DNA from: an uncultured Streptococcus sp.
Lineage (GTDB): Bacteria > Bacillota > Bacilli > Lactobacillales > Streptococcaceae
Assembly (NCBI RefSeq): GCF_963525625.1
Contig: NZ_CAURLD010000010.1
Span: forward strand, 27,696 to 91,695
Direction of reading: 5' to 3'
Length of the DNA: 64,000 bases
In this document: positions 7,940-17,751 of the stretch, one piece after another
How positions within the stretch are numbered: the stretch's first letter is position 1
Layout: every line of letters starts with the position of its first letter
Program-made: the position numbers and the translations under genes
Notes under the pieces: generated by a model
What the model was told of the DNA's origin: nothing
Seen by the model: only the letters and a program-made list of their open reading frames with translations
Databases searched by the model: none

Positions 7940-9064
7940 TTATTTATTAATAATACCAAACTCTTCGTTTTTCTTCTGCTGCTGGGCTTCCTTGTGATTA
8001 TCATAGAGGTTAGCCAAGAACTTAGCGATTTCTTTGAGGATAGAATAGGTCGGGATTGCCACAATCATCCCCAGCACACCATAGATATTGCTGGATAAGA
8101 GCAAGAGCACCATGATGGTAATAGGATGGACCTTCATCACACCACCAACGATACGGGGATAGAGGATATTTCCATCAACCTGCTGGATAATCAGCATGTA
8201 AATCAAGGCCGCCACCATCTTCTGAGGATCCGTAAAGGCATACGTAATGACCATGGGAATCAAGCCGATACTCGGTCCCACATAGGGAATCAGATTAGCC
8301 AGACTAGAGAAAATAGCAAAGACCAAAGCGTACTTGAGTCCAATGACACTATAGCCAATATAGGCCAGAGCACCGATAATCAGGGCATCGATTGAAATTC
8401 CGCTGATATAGCGGGCAACAGTAGCATTGAGATTGGTCAGTAAACTAGAGATATTGAGCTTATCCCGCTTGAGGACTGTCCGCTCCAGCATGGGCAAAAG
8501 CTTATGGCCGTCCATGAGGAAGTAAACCAAGAAAATCGGCGTCATAATCAAAATCATCAGCGTATTGACAACTGCTGACAGAACACTTCCCAGACTATTG
8601 GTCACACTGTTAAGGATATTTTGCAGAATGTCCACATAAGACAGGTTGAGCTGCTGGATGGTGGATTGGATATTCAGATTTCGAAAGAGCGGATTTTTAG
8701 ATAATTGATTGACAAAACTTTGAATTTCCCAATAAAGGCCTTGCGTTGAATTAATCAGGCTGCTTAGCTGATTAATCAAAATCGGCAAGAGGTAAATAAC
8801 GCCCAAAGCAATCAAGCCAAACAGAAGGCTGAGCGTAATCAGAATCCCAATCATTCGGTTGATTTTGAGCTTCTCCTGGAGAAATTTCACCAGCGGATTG
8901 GTGATATAGTAAAGGAATCCTCCCACAAGAAAGGGAATCAAGATTGTATTCACAACGCTAACAATCGGGGTTATCATATCCCCCATCTGGCGCCAGATAA
9001 AGAAGATAATCGTTAGCAAAAGGACCTCGCTGGTCCAAAACATCAGCTTACTTTTATGAAACAT
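7940..9064 (-). CDS. AI-2E family transporter (PerM/UPF0118)
   Basis: 374 aa, polytopic, with family-typical length and C-terminal pattern (GLIPMVITYAF...ILYPRIVG). Confidence 0.8.
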   Translation of the reverse strand: MFHKSKLMFWTSEVLLLTIIFFIWRQMGDMITPIVSVVNTILIPFLVGGFLYYITNPLVKFLQEKLKINRMIGILITLSLLFGLIALGVIYLLPILINQLSSLINSTQGLYWEIQSFVNQLSKNPLFRNLNIQSTIQQLNLSYVDILQNILNSVTNSLGSVLSAVVNTLMILIMTPIFLVYFLMDGHKLLPMLERTVLKRDKLNISSLLTNLNATVARYISGISIDALIIGALAYIGYSVIGLKYALVFAIFSSLANLIPYVGPSIGLIPMVITYAFTDPQKMVAALIYMLIIQQVDGNILYPRIVGGVMKVHPITIMVLLLLSSNIYGVLGMIVAIPTYSILKEIAKFLANLYDNHKEAQQQKKNEEFGIINK

Positions 9065-9138
9065 TTGACTCCTCCTATCAGTTATTTTACCATAAATTTT
9101 GTTATAATAAAGGAGATTTAACGAAAGAAAGAGTAAAA

Positions 9139-9933
9139 ATGGAAAAGATTATCAAACTGGAAAATGTAAGCTTGGCTAAACAAGGCCGAACCATCTTAAA
9201 AGATCTCAACTGGCAGGTGAAAAAGGGGGAGCATTGGGCTATTCTCGGTCTCAACGGTTCTGGAAAGTCTACTCTCCTGCGCCTGCTCATGGCTGAACAT
9301 TGGAAGACCCAGGGCAAGGTAACAGTTCTCGGTACTGAATTTGGTGCCGGCGACATTCCCCAGCTGCGAACTAAGATTGGAGTAGTCGGCTCCTTCATTG
9401 CTGAACGACTACCCAGCCATCTCAGTGCCGAAGAAATCGTCCTGACAGGCAAGTATAAAAGCAGTATTCTCTATGCTCCTTATGGACAGGCAGAGCTGGA
9501 TCAAGCTAGGGAAATGCTGGCTTCCATTGGCGGACAAGATTTGATTGGCCGGAGCTACATCAGTCTATCTCAAGGGGAAAAGCAGCTCTTGCTGATTGCG
9601 CGCAGTCTTATGGAAAAGCCAGAATTGCTTATCTTAGACGAAGCGACCAGCGGTCTGGATCTCTTTGCCCGCGAGCGTCTGCTGGATCAGATTGGTAAGA
9701 TTACACAGATGAATCAGGCTCCAACCATCCTCTATGTCACCCACCATGTAGAGGAAATCACTGCTGCTATGGATCATGTCCTGCTCCTAAAAGAAGGTGA
9801 AATCATAGCCCAAGGTCCTAAAGAAAACATACTTCAAAAAGAGGTCATGGATCGCTTCTATCCTCAGCCAGTCGAGCTGATTGAGCTGGGAGAAGACCGC
9901 TATTTCGTCAAGGTGGAGGTCAGATCCTCATGA
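9139..9933 (+). CDS. Stand-alone ABC ATP-binding protein (ModF-like)
   Basis: Walker A GLNGSGKST, signature LSQGEKQ, Walker B LLILDEATSGLD. Confidence 0.85.
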   Translation: MEKIIKLENVSLAKQGRTILKDLNWQVKKGEHWAILGLNGSGKSTLLRLLMAEHWKTQGKVTVLGTEFGAGDIPQLRTKIGVVGSFIAERLPSHLSAEEIVLTGKYKSSILYAPYGQAELDQAREMLASIGGQDLIGRSYISLSQGEKQLLLIARSLMEKPELLILDEATSGLDLFARERLLDQIGKITQMNQAPTILYVTHHVEEITAAMDHVLLLKEGEIIAQGPKENILQKEVMDRFYPQPVELIELGEDRYFVKVEVRSS

Positions 9934-11492
9934 AGCAATTTTCTAATACCATCTTCAATTTGGGCTACTTCCTGATTCTGACCATGACTGCGATTGCCTT
10001 GCTCTTCCTGTCTGGACAGATTCTGCTATCCCATACTTACATCCCTTTGAGGATTGCTGAAGGAGTCCAATTCGTCAGTAATCCTTGGTATTTCTACCCT
10101 ATCCTCCTGCTCTTTCTCCTCAGCCTCTTTTTAATCCGGCCCCTATTGGAAAAGGTTCAGACCAAGCATCTTTTTTGGTTTCTGTCCTTCCTCTTTATAG
10201 CAGCAGCGATTTTTCTGATAACGGCCTACGATGGCCGCATCCGAGCTGACGCCAAGCATGTTTTCAATGCAGCGTTGGCCTTTAACCGAGGAGATTACAG
10301 CTCGCTGACAACCGTCGGAAGCTACATGTATCGTAATCCCCATCAGCTAGGACTGATGACTCTGGAGCGACTTTATGCTTTTATTTCTCCAACGACTCAG
10401 TTTGCCTTTAGCATGAATGTCGTCTGGACTTTACTCAGTCATTTCTTGATTTACAAGATTACTGCCCTGCTCAATGCCAGAGAAATGATTCAGAAATACA
10501 CGATTCTGCTGACTTTTCTCTTTCTACCACAGCTATTTTTCATCCTCTTTGTCTACGGCACCATTCCTGGACTCTTCTTCTGTCTGCTCAGTCTCTATGC
10601 TTTTATCAAGCTGGACCAAAAAGGAAACCTGCTCTATGCCTTGCTGGGAGCGGCCAGTATCAGTCTAGCCTGCCTCCTGCGCAACAACTACATTATCTTT
10701 GCCATTATGCTGATTGGCGTCTACTTCCTGTCCATTTTTTATAAATGGTCTTGGAAGAAACCCTTAACCATCATCCTGATTTTAGCCGGTATCGTCCTTT
10801 CAAACAAGGGTCTGACGGCCTACTATGAGCAGCTGATTGGGGGCAAGATTGGTGTCGGTACCCCAAAAATCGCCTACATCACTATGGGCCTGCGGGATGA
10901 TCCCAATCGGCAGACCTTAGGAGGCTGGTACGATGCCTACAATACCAAGATTCTCAAGCGCAACAAATATGATGAAAATTTGGCTACAGAAATGGCCACT
11001 CGGGATTTGAAGGACATTTTGATTCACTTCAGCAAACATCCTGCTTATGCGCTCAAATTCTTCTACGAAAAGGTCAAGTCTACCTGGACTGAGCCAACTT
11101 TTCAGTCTATTTGGACTGGGCCGCAGATTGAACGCCAGCAATACATGAAGCCAGCTGTCCTGCGCAGCATTTATGAGGAAAGAAAAGGTTATCAGATTGT
11201 TAATTTCCTGCTCTTGACCCTGCTAGCCAGCATCTATCTGCTCTCCTGTTTCTTTATCCTGCATAAATTTTTCGTCGCCGAGGAAAAGCTGACGCCTTTT
11301 GACCTCTATCCCTTCATCTTTCTCTTGGGGGGCGGCCTCTTCCACTTCTTCTGGGAAACCAAGAGCCAGTATGTCTATATCTATGTCCTCCTTCTCATCC
11401 CTTCCGCCGCTCAATCCTTAGTCGACCTGAGCGATTGGTGGAAGAACAAAGGAAAAGGGAAATCAACAGACCAGCTTGAGAAAAACCTATAA
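9930..11492 (+). CDS. Polytopic membrane protein (520 aa), possibly a GT-C-like glycosyltransferase
   Basis: About 12 hydrophobic segments. ATGA overlap with the upstream ABC ATPase gene. The function is a guess based on architecture only. Confidence 0.4.
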   Translation: MKQFSNTIFNLGYFLILTMTAIALLFLSGQILLSHTYIPLRIAEGVQFVSNPWYFYPILLLFLLSLFLIRPLLEKVQTKHLFWFLSFLFIAAAIFLITAYDGRIRADAKHVFNAALAFNRGDYSSLTTVGSYMYRNPHQLGLMTLERLYAFISPTTQFAFSMNVVWTLLSHFLIYKITALLNAREMIQKYTILLTFLFLPQLFFILFVYGTIPGLFFCLLSLYAFIKLDQKGNLLYALLGAASISLACLLRNNYIIFAIMLIGVYFLSIFYKWSWKKPLTIILILAGIVLSNKGLTAYYEQLIGGKIGVGTPKIAYITMGLRDDPNRQTLGGWYDAYNTKILKRNKYDENLATEMATRDLKDILIHFSKHPAYALKFFYEKVKSTWTEPTFQSIWTGPQIERQQYMKPAVLRSIYEERKGYQIVNFLLLTLLASIYLLSCFFILHKFFVAEEKLTPFDLYPFIFLLGGGLFHFFWETKSQYVYIYVLLLIPSAAQSLVDLSDWWKNKGKGKSTDQLEKNL

Positions 11493-11603
11493 AACTTGAA
11501 CACTTGATAAGAATTCCTTATAATTTTATAGGAACATTAAGTGAAACAAAGTTGAATTTGTAATGAAAATTTTTTGTACTTTACGAAGGGAGAATAGCGA
11601 TTT

Positions 11604-11978
11604 ATGTTTTCAATATTAGGTGCAGTATTATTTGGAGTTATAGCAATTATGACAGTTCTTGTTGCTTGCGGTCTGCCTTTGGGCGAATATACAATGGGTG
11701 GACAACATAAAATCTTACCTAAGAAATTTAGAATTGCGGCAGTCATTTCGGTGGCTATCCAAATATTTGCCATGATCATTATTTTGCAAGCCGGAGGTTT
11801 CATTCCCTTGTGGCTGTCTTTTAAGGTTACTAAATATATTTGTTTCTTCTTTGCCGCTTACCTATCCTTGAATACGATTATGAACATGATTTCAAAAAGT
11901 AAGAAAGAAAAATATGTTATGACTCCGATTTCACTTATAGCTGCAATATGTTTTTGGATAACAGCATTTCAGATGTAG
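11604..11978 (+). CDS. Small 4-TM membrane protein of unknown function
   Basis: 124 aa in an AT-rich patch, with an aaGGGAGaa RBS and a terminator downstream. Confidence 0.55.
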   Translation: MFSILGAVLFGVIAIMTVLVACGLPLGEYTMGGQHKILPKKFRIAAVISVAIQIFAMIIILQAGGFIPLWLSFKVTKYICFFFAAYLSLNTIMNMISKSKKEKYVMTPISLIAAICFWITAFQM

Positions 11979-12060
11979 TATGTAAGCGAGAATAACCTAC
12001 AGTGAGTCAATTTGGACGTTGGGAATAAGAATTTGTCTAATTGAATAGAAAAATTTTTAA

Positions 12061-12093
12061 AACAGTAAATCACAAAGGTTTACTGTTTTTTTG
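12061..12093 (+). terminator. Rho-independent terminator
   Basis: aacagtaaa-tcacaaagg-tttactgtt followed by ttttt. Confidence 0.75.
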
Positions 12094-12158
12094 CTCATTT
12101 TCCAAATAAAAGCGTCAATAAATTAAAAAGTCACTTGACCAAACGCTTCCTGAGGCGT

Positions 12159-12713
12159 TTAACTAAGCACTTCTCTCAATTTCTCAATCATGACCAAGAA
12201 AGGCGGGTTGTTAATCTGATTGATGGTCTTGTAGAGGGCGACGGTGAAGTCCTGCTGGGGCAACTGACTAACATAGTCAAGTACCGCATTTTTTTCAACC
12301 TCTCCACCATCATGCCCATAGTAAATCATGATAGCTGCACGGCCCCCTTTTTCCAAGCCTCGACAGACCTTTCCCAGAGCTTCCAGCGTTGTATCAGGTC
12401 GGGTAATGACTGACTTGTCCGCCGAAGGCAGATAGCCCAGATTAAAAATAGCAGCCTTGAAATAGTCTGTGTATTGGTCCAGAGTCTCATGCCCAGCCAT
12501 GATTAGCTGAGCATTGTCCAAGCCAGCTTCTGCCAAGCGCTTGCGGGTCTTTTCCACAGCCTGCTCCTGAATGTCAAAAGCATAGACCTGCTTGGCCAAT
12601 TGAGCCAGAAAGAGGGTGTCATGTCCATTGCCCATCGTAGCATCCACAACAGTATCTTCCTTGGTCACGACTTCAGCCAAAAAGTCATGGGCCATCTGTA
12701 AGGGTCTTAACAT
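12159..12713 (-). CDS. mnmM: SAM-dependent methyltransferase of the YtqB family (tRNA mnm5s2U methyltransferase MnmM)
   Basis: DATMGNGHDT, VYAFDIQE, FNLGYLP and NPPFLVMIEK closely match Bacillus subtilis YtqB as I recall it. It lies directly downstream of ytqA. Confidence 0.8.
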   Translation of the reverse strand: MLRPLQMAHDFLAEVVTKEDTVVDATMGNGHDTLFLAQLAKQVYAFDIQEQAVEKTRKRLAEAGLDNAQLIMAGHETLDQYTDYFKAAIFNLGYLPSADKSVITRPDTTLEALGKVCRGLEKGGRAAIMIYYGHDGGEVEKNAVLDYVSQLPQQDFTVALYKTINQINNPPFLVMIEKLREVLS

Positions 12714-13654
12714 ACGAATCTCTGCTCCTTTGCTTTACAGCCTTGCTTGCTGCCACGACGACGCATTTCTGCCTCGATGGCATTGAGAACTTCCCATTTA
12801 TTGAGGCTCCACATGGGACCAATCAACATGTCTCGCGGAGCATCGCCCGTGATACGGTGGATGACAATATGCTCGGGGATAATCTCAAGCTGGTCGCAGA
12901 CGATGGAGACATATTCCTCCTGACTGAGCAGCTGCAGCCGCCCCTCATGATAATCCCTCTGCATACGGGTATTAGTCATCAAGTGAAGCAGGTGGAGCTT
13001 GATTCCCTGAATGTCATTATCCGTCACGCAACGGCGGACATTCTCCAGCATCATCTCATGGGTTTCGCCCGGTAGGCCATTGATCAAGTGAGAGACAATC
13101 TCCGCCTTGGGGGCTTGCTTACGAACTCGCTGGACCGTCTCCACATAGAGCTCATAAGAATGGGCACGATTGATGAGGTCCGAAGTCTCCTCATAGGTAG
13201 TCTGAAGCCCCAGTTCCACAGTCACATGCATACGCTCGGATAAGTCAGCCAAGTAGGCTATGGTCTCATCAGGCAAACAATCCGGCCTAGTCCCGATATT
13301 GAGTCCAACGACACCCGGCTCGTTAATGGCTTGCTCATAGCGCTCACGGATTACTTCAAGCTTCTCATGAGTATTGGTGAAGTTCTGGAAATAGACCAGA
13401 TACTTGCGAACATCCGACCACTTGCGGTGCATAAAGTCAATTTCCTTATAGAACTGCTCGCGAATGGGCGCATCCGGCGCCACAATGGCATCACCAGAAC
13501 CCGAAACGGTACAAAACGTACATCCTCCATGCGCTACGGTTCCATCCCGATTGGGACAGTCAAAGCCCGCATCAATAGGCACCTTAAAAGTCTTTTCTCC
13601 AAAAAGTTTTCGATAATAATCATTCAAAGAATTGTAAGATTTCATACCTTTCAT
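12707..13654 (-). CDS. ytqA: TIGR01212-family radical SAM protein (YtqA-like)
   Basis: CPNRDG...GGCTFC cluster. I prefer the start at MKGMKSY (13654) or MKSY (13645). The 65-aa N-terminal extension in the ORF track overlaps the next gene and begins at TTG. Confidence 0.85.
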   Translation of the reverse strand: MKGMKSYNSLNDYYRKLFGEKTFKVPIDAGFDCPNRDGTVAHGGCTFCTVSGSGDAIVAPDAPIREQFYKEIDFMHRKWSDVRKYLVYFQNFTNTHEKLEVIRERYEQAINEPGVVGLNIGTRPDCLPDETIAYLADLSERMHVTVELGLQTTYEETSDLINRAHSYELYVETVQRVRKQAPKAEIVSHLINGLPGETHEMMLENVRRCVTDNDIQGIKLHLLHLMTNTRMQRDYHEGRLQLLSQEEYVSIVCDQLEIIPEHIVIHRITGDAPRDMLIGPMWSLNKWEVLNAIEAEMRRRGSKQGCKAKEQRFVC

Positions 13655-13713
13655 TCTACCACAAAAAGGGGCATAGAAACAAAAATTCCCTCTTTCATAA
13701 GGAAAGAAGGAAG

Positions 13714-14013
13714 TCATAGCTCCCACTGATAACGCTTGAGATCTACACAGCCATTGGCCTTCAAGTCCACTCCCTCCGCCCAGAGCAAGTGTCTCTGGTC
13801 CTCCCAGCCAGGTGCGAGGCGCCCTGCTGCATTGACTACCCGGTGGCAAGGATGTTTGCCACCATAAAGTTCCGACTGACTGAGAATCTTTCCCACCAAG
13901 CGAGCGTTTTTAGGCCGCCCAATCAAACGAGCAATCTGACCATAGGTCGCCACGCGCCCAGAGGGAATGCTATCTACTAATGCTAAAACAGCATCTATGA
14001 TTTCTTGATTCAA
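13714..14013 (-). CDS. MGMT-family protein: a short methylated-DNA-protein-cysteine methyltransferase DNA-binding domain protein
   Basis: 99 aa. It retains the PCHRVV active-site motif and the VATYGQIA helix-turn-helix. Confidence 0.8.
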   Translation of the reverse strand: MNQEIIDAVLALVDSIPSGRVATYGQIARLIGRPKNARLVGKILSQSELYGGKHPCHRVVNAAGRLAPGWEDQRHLLWAEGVDLKANGCVDLKRYQWEL

Positions 14014-14262
14014 AACGGAAATGGCCCTCCTTTTTACAAAGTAGATCAGAAAGGCCGGAACACTACCCTTCGTTTTAGAAGCTATATTATTAAACCTCTT
14101 TCATTGATGATGTACTCATATCATTTCCGAGCAACTTCCATTCCACTTATAGATATAAAGCTTTCTTGACCTCCAGTCCATGGCAAGATTGTTCCTACGA
14201 TGGTAGTAATCGAAACTTACTTCTACAGCTTTATTGATTAGCTAACTCTCTAAAAAAATTCC

Positions 14263-14362
14263 AATAATGAAGGTTTAAGAGGTTATAAGTTTTTATACAT
14301 TCCATTCTACCACAAAATCTGGCAGTGACTCGAAAAATCCCTTCTTCCATAAAGAAAAAGGG
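14263..14362 (-). pseudogene. Degenerate duplicate of the ytqA 5' end plus its upstream leader
   Basis: Aligns by eye at roughly 70-75% with 13615-13709. Shared core: cattctaccacaaaa...gaaaaat(t)ccct. The coding remnant reads IKTYNLLNLHY versus MKSYNSLNDYY. Confidence 0.65.
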
Positions 14363-14402
14363 ATAAAATTATACTCAAAAAAATATATAATGCAAAATAT
14401 AA

Positions 14403-17036
14403 TCAATCTACAGATTTTAATGCTTCTAACATGTTTACATTTTTTAAACGGAAATTTACCACAAAACCTAGAATAGATAAAATCAAGATTATGGTCGCTA
14501 CTGGTATCAAGTATACAGTTAACTCAACCACTTTGGGATATACAGTATCTTTGCTCATCATCGTAATAATCGCATTATGTAAGTAATAACCTCCTACTAT
14601 TCCCAATAAGATTCCTATGGCAGAAAGTATCATTGTCTCTCTATAGATATACATCGTTACTTCCTTATCAAAGAACCCGAGGACTTTTATAGTAGATAAT
14701 TCTCTAATTCGTTCAGCCACATTTATATTCGTTAAATTATATAATATTACAATGGCTAACAATACAGAAACAACTACCAAGACCGTCATTGAAGTCCCCA
14801 AAGAATTTACTGCTGTTCTAACAGTTTTAACTAAAGCAGAGTTTTGAGATAGCGCGGATATTCCTGATTTATCCAAGAAAATTTTAGAACTATTAGAAAT
14901 GTTTGAAGCAGACTTATTTTTTAAGTTAATCAAGTATGCATTGTTTTCTGCGATTTCACCAAAAGTTTTATGATAGTAATCATTACTCATAAAAATATAA
15001 TGCCCAACATTCATCTCAACAATATCAGCCACTTTTATTTTGTAATTTTTCCCATTATTATCTTTAAAATTAAAATATTCTCCTTTTTTTACATTATAAT
15101 AATCAGCCAGCTTTTGGGAAATCAAAGCTCCCTTATTAGAAAGTTTTAACTCTTTACCTGATTCAGTATCTCTTAATGTAATGAAAGAATCCAGTTTTCC
15201 ATCACTACTTATAACAGAGATTGACTTCTTATCAATCTGACCTGAAATTTTCTCGCTAATACTTTTATAATGTATTTCTTTAAATTCATTCACTCTCTCA
15301 GACTTCAAAAGATTATCAATTTCTTTTTGCTCATCTTGACTAATATTATTTTTTTTAACAGCTAATATATCAAAACGAGTTATTTCTTTGAATTGATTAT
15401 TTACTACCTTACCAATAGAAGACTGAATCCCTAATCCTGCAAAAAGTAAGGCAACAGAACCAGTAACACCCAGCACCGTCATCATCATTCTTTGCTTATA
15501 TCTAAAAATATTTCTAGCTGTTACCTTTTGAGTAAAATTCAAACCATTCCAAATAAAGCCAATCCTCTCCAAAAGAATCTTTGAACCACTCACTGGAGGC
15601 TTGGGCAACAATAATTGAGCAGTATTTTCATTCAACTCTTTTCTAGCTACCAGAAAAGTAGGCATAACAGCGCTTATTAGAGTAAAAATCAATGACAAGA
15701 GTGAAAAGGAGCAATAGAAATAAAGCTTTGGACCACCTATAATCATCGTATTTGAAACAGTTCGGGTCACGATGCTAGGTAAAACATACTGACCTAAAGC
15801 GATTCCTAATAGTGTTCCGGTAAAACCAGCTACTGTTCCATAACAAATAAACTTTTTCAAAACATCAAAATCTGAATAACCGAGTGCCTTCAATATCCCT
15901 GAATTGATCCGTTCTTCGTTGACGAAGCGAGTCATCGTAGTAAAAGTGACTAGTGCAGCAACAAGGTATAAAACTACAGGAAAAAGGTTACCTATATTAC
16001 CAATATTGTTTTTTATTGACTCATAAGTTCTATAGCCTTCTCCCCCTGGAAAAGTTGTACGCGTATATGTGTTATAACTAGGTGCCTCTAAAGAATCAAT
16101 TTTATTTTGACCATTCTTTATATCTTCTTCAGCTTTATTAATTTTATCCTGTGCCTCAGAAAATTCCTTATTAATCCCGTTTAACTGGGTTTCTGGCAAA
16201 TTCGCAACTGCTTCTCTTTTTTTAGCTAAATTCGATTTTGCTTCTTCAAGTTGAGCTTTTTTTGAATTTATTGACGATTGCTGTGTCTTTTTTATATCAA
16301 CCAATCTCTGCTCTCCATTATCAGAAAGCAAGTCATCTAGTTGTTCCTGTTTTTTCTGAATGATTTCTGAATATTTGTCTGAATAAGGATTTACTCTATC
16401 AGTTTCATCATACTTTAATCGTGCAATTGTATATACATCACTTGAAAATGAATCTGAACTGACAACTCCATAAGCCGATAAAGTCCCATCACCAGCTGTT
16501 GTGTTCCCTAAGTTAGTTGTTGACCAGATTTCTGCAGAATTAACAAAACCGACAATTTCATATTCATCCCCCTTTAAAATTGAATTTTTTTCCTCTTTAA
16601 ATTCAATTTTGTCTCCCACTTTATAACGATCTTTTAAATTCGATGATAAAGCAATTTCCTTACTATTTTGAGGGAATTTCCCAGAAACTAAGTCATATAA
16701 AGAGATATCCTTACTATCTGAAAAAACTCTCATTGACTTGTTACTATCTTTTATGGAAGTATCAACCATATACCCGTATTCAATAGTTACATCCTTTATA
16801 CTGTCCAATTCAGCTTTATCTTTCTTATCTAAACCAGCATTTGATATGACTGCTAAATCCATCGTTTTTTGTTTATCCAAATATGCTCTAGCCGTTCTTT
16901 CCATATCTGGCGGTGTAGCTTTTAAACCGGTTAATGCAAATGAACCAAGAAACATTAACAACATAATCGAAATGAATCGTCCCTTGGATAAGGCAAAAGA
17001 TTTCCTTATATCTTTCCAAAATGTCGTTTTTTTCAC
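14403..17036 (-). CDS. ABC transporter permease with two FtsX domains (MacB-type, 877 aa)
   Basis: TM1, a large extracytoplasmic domain with a coiled-coil insert (aa ~222-317), a 3-TM FtsX domain, then a second copy of the same pattern. The segment is AT-rich. Confidence 0.85.
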   Translation of the reverse strand: MKKTTFWKDIRKSFALSKGRFISIMLLMFLGSFALTGLKATPPDMERTARAYLDKQKTMDLAVISNAGLDKKDKAELDSIKDVTIEYGYMVDTSIKDSNKSMRVFSDSKDISLYDLVSGKFPQNSKEIALSSNLKDRYKVGDKIEFKEEKNSILKGDEYEIVGFVNSAEIWSTTNLGNTTAGDGTLSAYGVVSSDSFSSDVYTIARLKYDETDRVNPYSDKYSEIIQKKQEQLDDLLSDNGEQRLVDIKKTQQSSINSKKAQLEEAKSNLAKKREAVANLPETQLNGINKEFSEAQDKINKAEEDIKNGQNKIDSLEAPSYNTYTRTTFPGGEGYRTYESIKNNIGNIGNLFPVVLYLVAALVTFTTMTRFVNEERINSGILKALGYSDFDVLKKFICYGTVAGFTGTLLGIALGQYVLPSIVTRTVSNTMIIGGPKLYFYCSFSLLSLIFTLISAVMPTFLVARKELNENTAQLLLPKPPVSGSKILLERIGFIWNGLNFTQKVTARNIFRYKQRMMMTVLGVTGSVALLFAGLGIQSSIGKVVNNQFKEITRFDILAVKKNNISQDEQKEIDNLLKSERVNEFKEIHYKSISEKISGQIDKKSISVISSDGKLDSFITLRDTESGKELKLSNKGALISQKLADYYNVKKGEYFNFKDNNGKNYKIKVADIVEMNVGHYIFMSNDYYHKTFGEIAENNAYLINLKNKSASNISNSSKIFLDKSGISALSQNSALVKTVRTAVNSLGTSMTVLVVVSVLLAIVILYNLTNINVAERIRELSTIKVLGFFDKEVTMYIYRETMILSAIGILLGIVGGYYLHNAIITMMSKDTVYPKVVELTVYLIPVATIILILSILGFVVNFRLKNVNMLEALKSVD

Positions 17037-17048
17037 TTTTCATACTCC

Positions 17049-17750
17049 TTAATATTCTATTGATTCAATATCCTTAGGATTGTCATTAATTTCTACTGAA
17101 CTAATTTTTGCATCATGCATGTAAATTACTTTATCCGCAATAGGAGTAAGTGCAGAATTATGAGTGACAATGATCACGGTTGAATTCTTATATCGAGACA
17201 TATCCTGTAAAATTTTTAGCACTTGCTTACCTGTCTTGTAATCTAATGCTCCTGTTGGCTCATCACATAACAATAATTTAGGATTTTTTGCAACTGCTCT
17301 AGCTATTGAAACCCTTTGTTGCTCTCCTCCTGATAACTGAGCTGGAAAATTATTCATTCTTTTTTCTAACCCCACACTCCTCAAAGCTTCTTCAGCATCC
17401 ATAGAATCTTCAACAATCTCTGAAGCAAGTTCAACATTTTCCTTAGCTGTCAAATTAGGAACTAGATTGTAAAACTGAAAAACAAAGCCAACATCCTTTC
17501 TTCGATAATTCGTCAATTCTTTCGCACTATAATCAGAAATATCATTTCCATCGATAATGACCTTTCCTTCATCATTACTATCCATGCCACCTAAAATATT
17601 TAAAACAGTTGATTTACCAGCTCCTGATGCTCCTAAAATAATAACGAGCTCCCCTTTATCTATTTTGAAATTGATATTATTATTAGCGACAATCTCGCTG
17701 TCTCCTGATTTATATCGTTTAAAAGAATTACACATCTCTATATAGGTCAT
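17049..17750 (-). CDS. ABC transporter ATP-binding protein (MacB/LolD-type)
   Basis: [23 protein letters not shown] and [12 protein letters not shown]. Confidence 0.9.
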   Translation of the reverse strand: MTYIEMCNSFKRYKSGDSEIVANNNINFKIDKGELVIILGASGAGKSTVLNILGGMDSNDEGKVIIDGNDISDYSAKELTNYRRKDVGFVFQFYNLVPNLTAKENVELASEIVEDSMDAEEALRSVGLEKRMNNFPAQLSGGEQQRVSIARAVAKNPKLLLCDEPTGALDYKTGKQVLKILQDMSRYKNSTVIIVTHNSALTPIADKVIYMHDAKISSVEINDNPKDIESIEY

Positions 17751-17751
17751 T

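Noticed and set aside
11537-11803. A minus-strand 88-aa ORF opposite the 124-aa membrane protein gene.
   Set aside because: The plus-strand ORF has the better RBS, coherent TM helices and a downstream terminator. The minus ORF has none of these.
13655-13849. A 65-aa N-terminal extension of the ytqA ORF (TTG start) that overlaps the MGMT-like gene.
   Set aside because: The extension is Gly/Pro/Trp-rich nonsense read antisense-shifted through the neighbouring gene. Family members start near MKSYN, and there are ATGs at 13654 and 13645.
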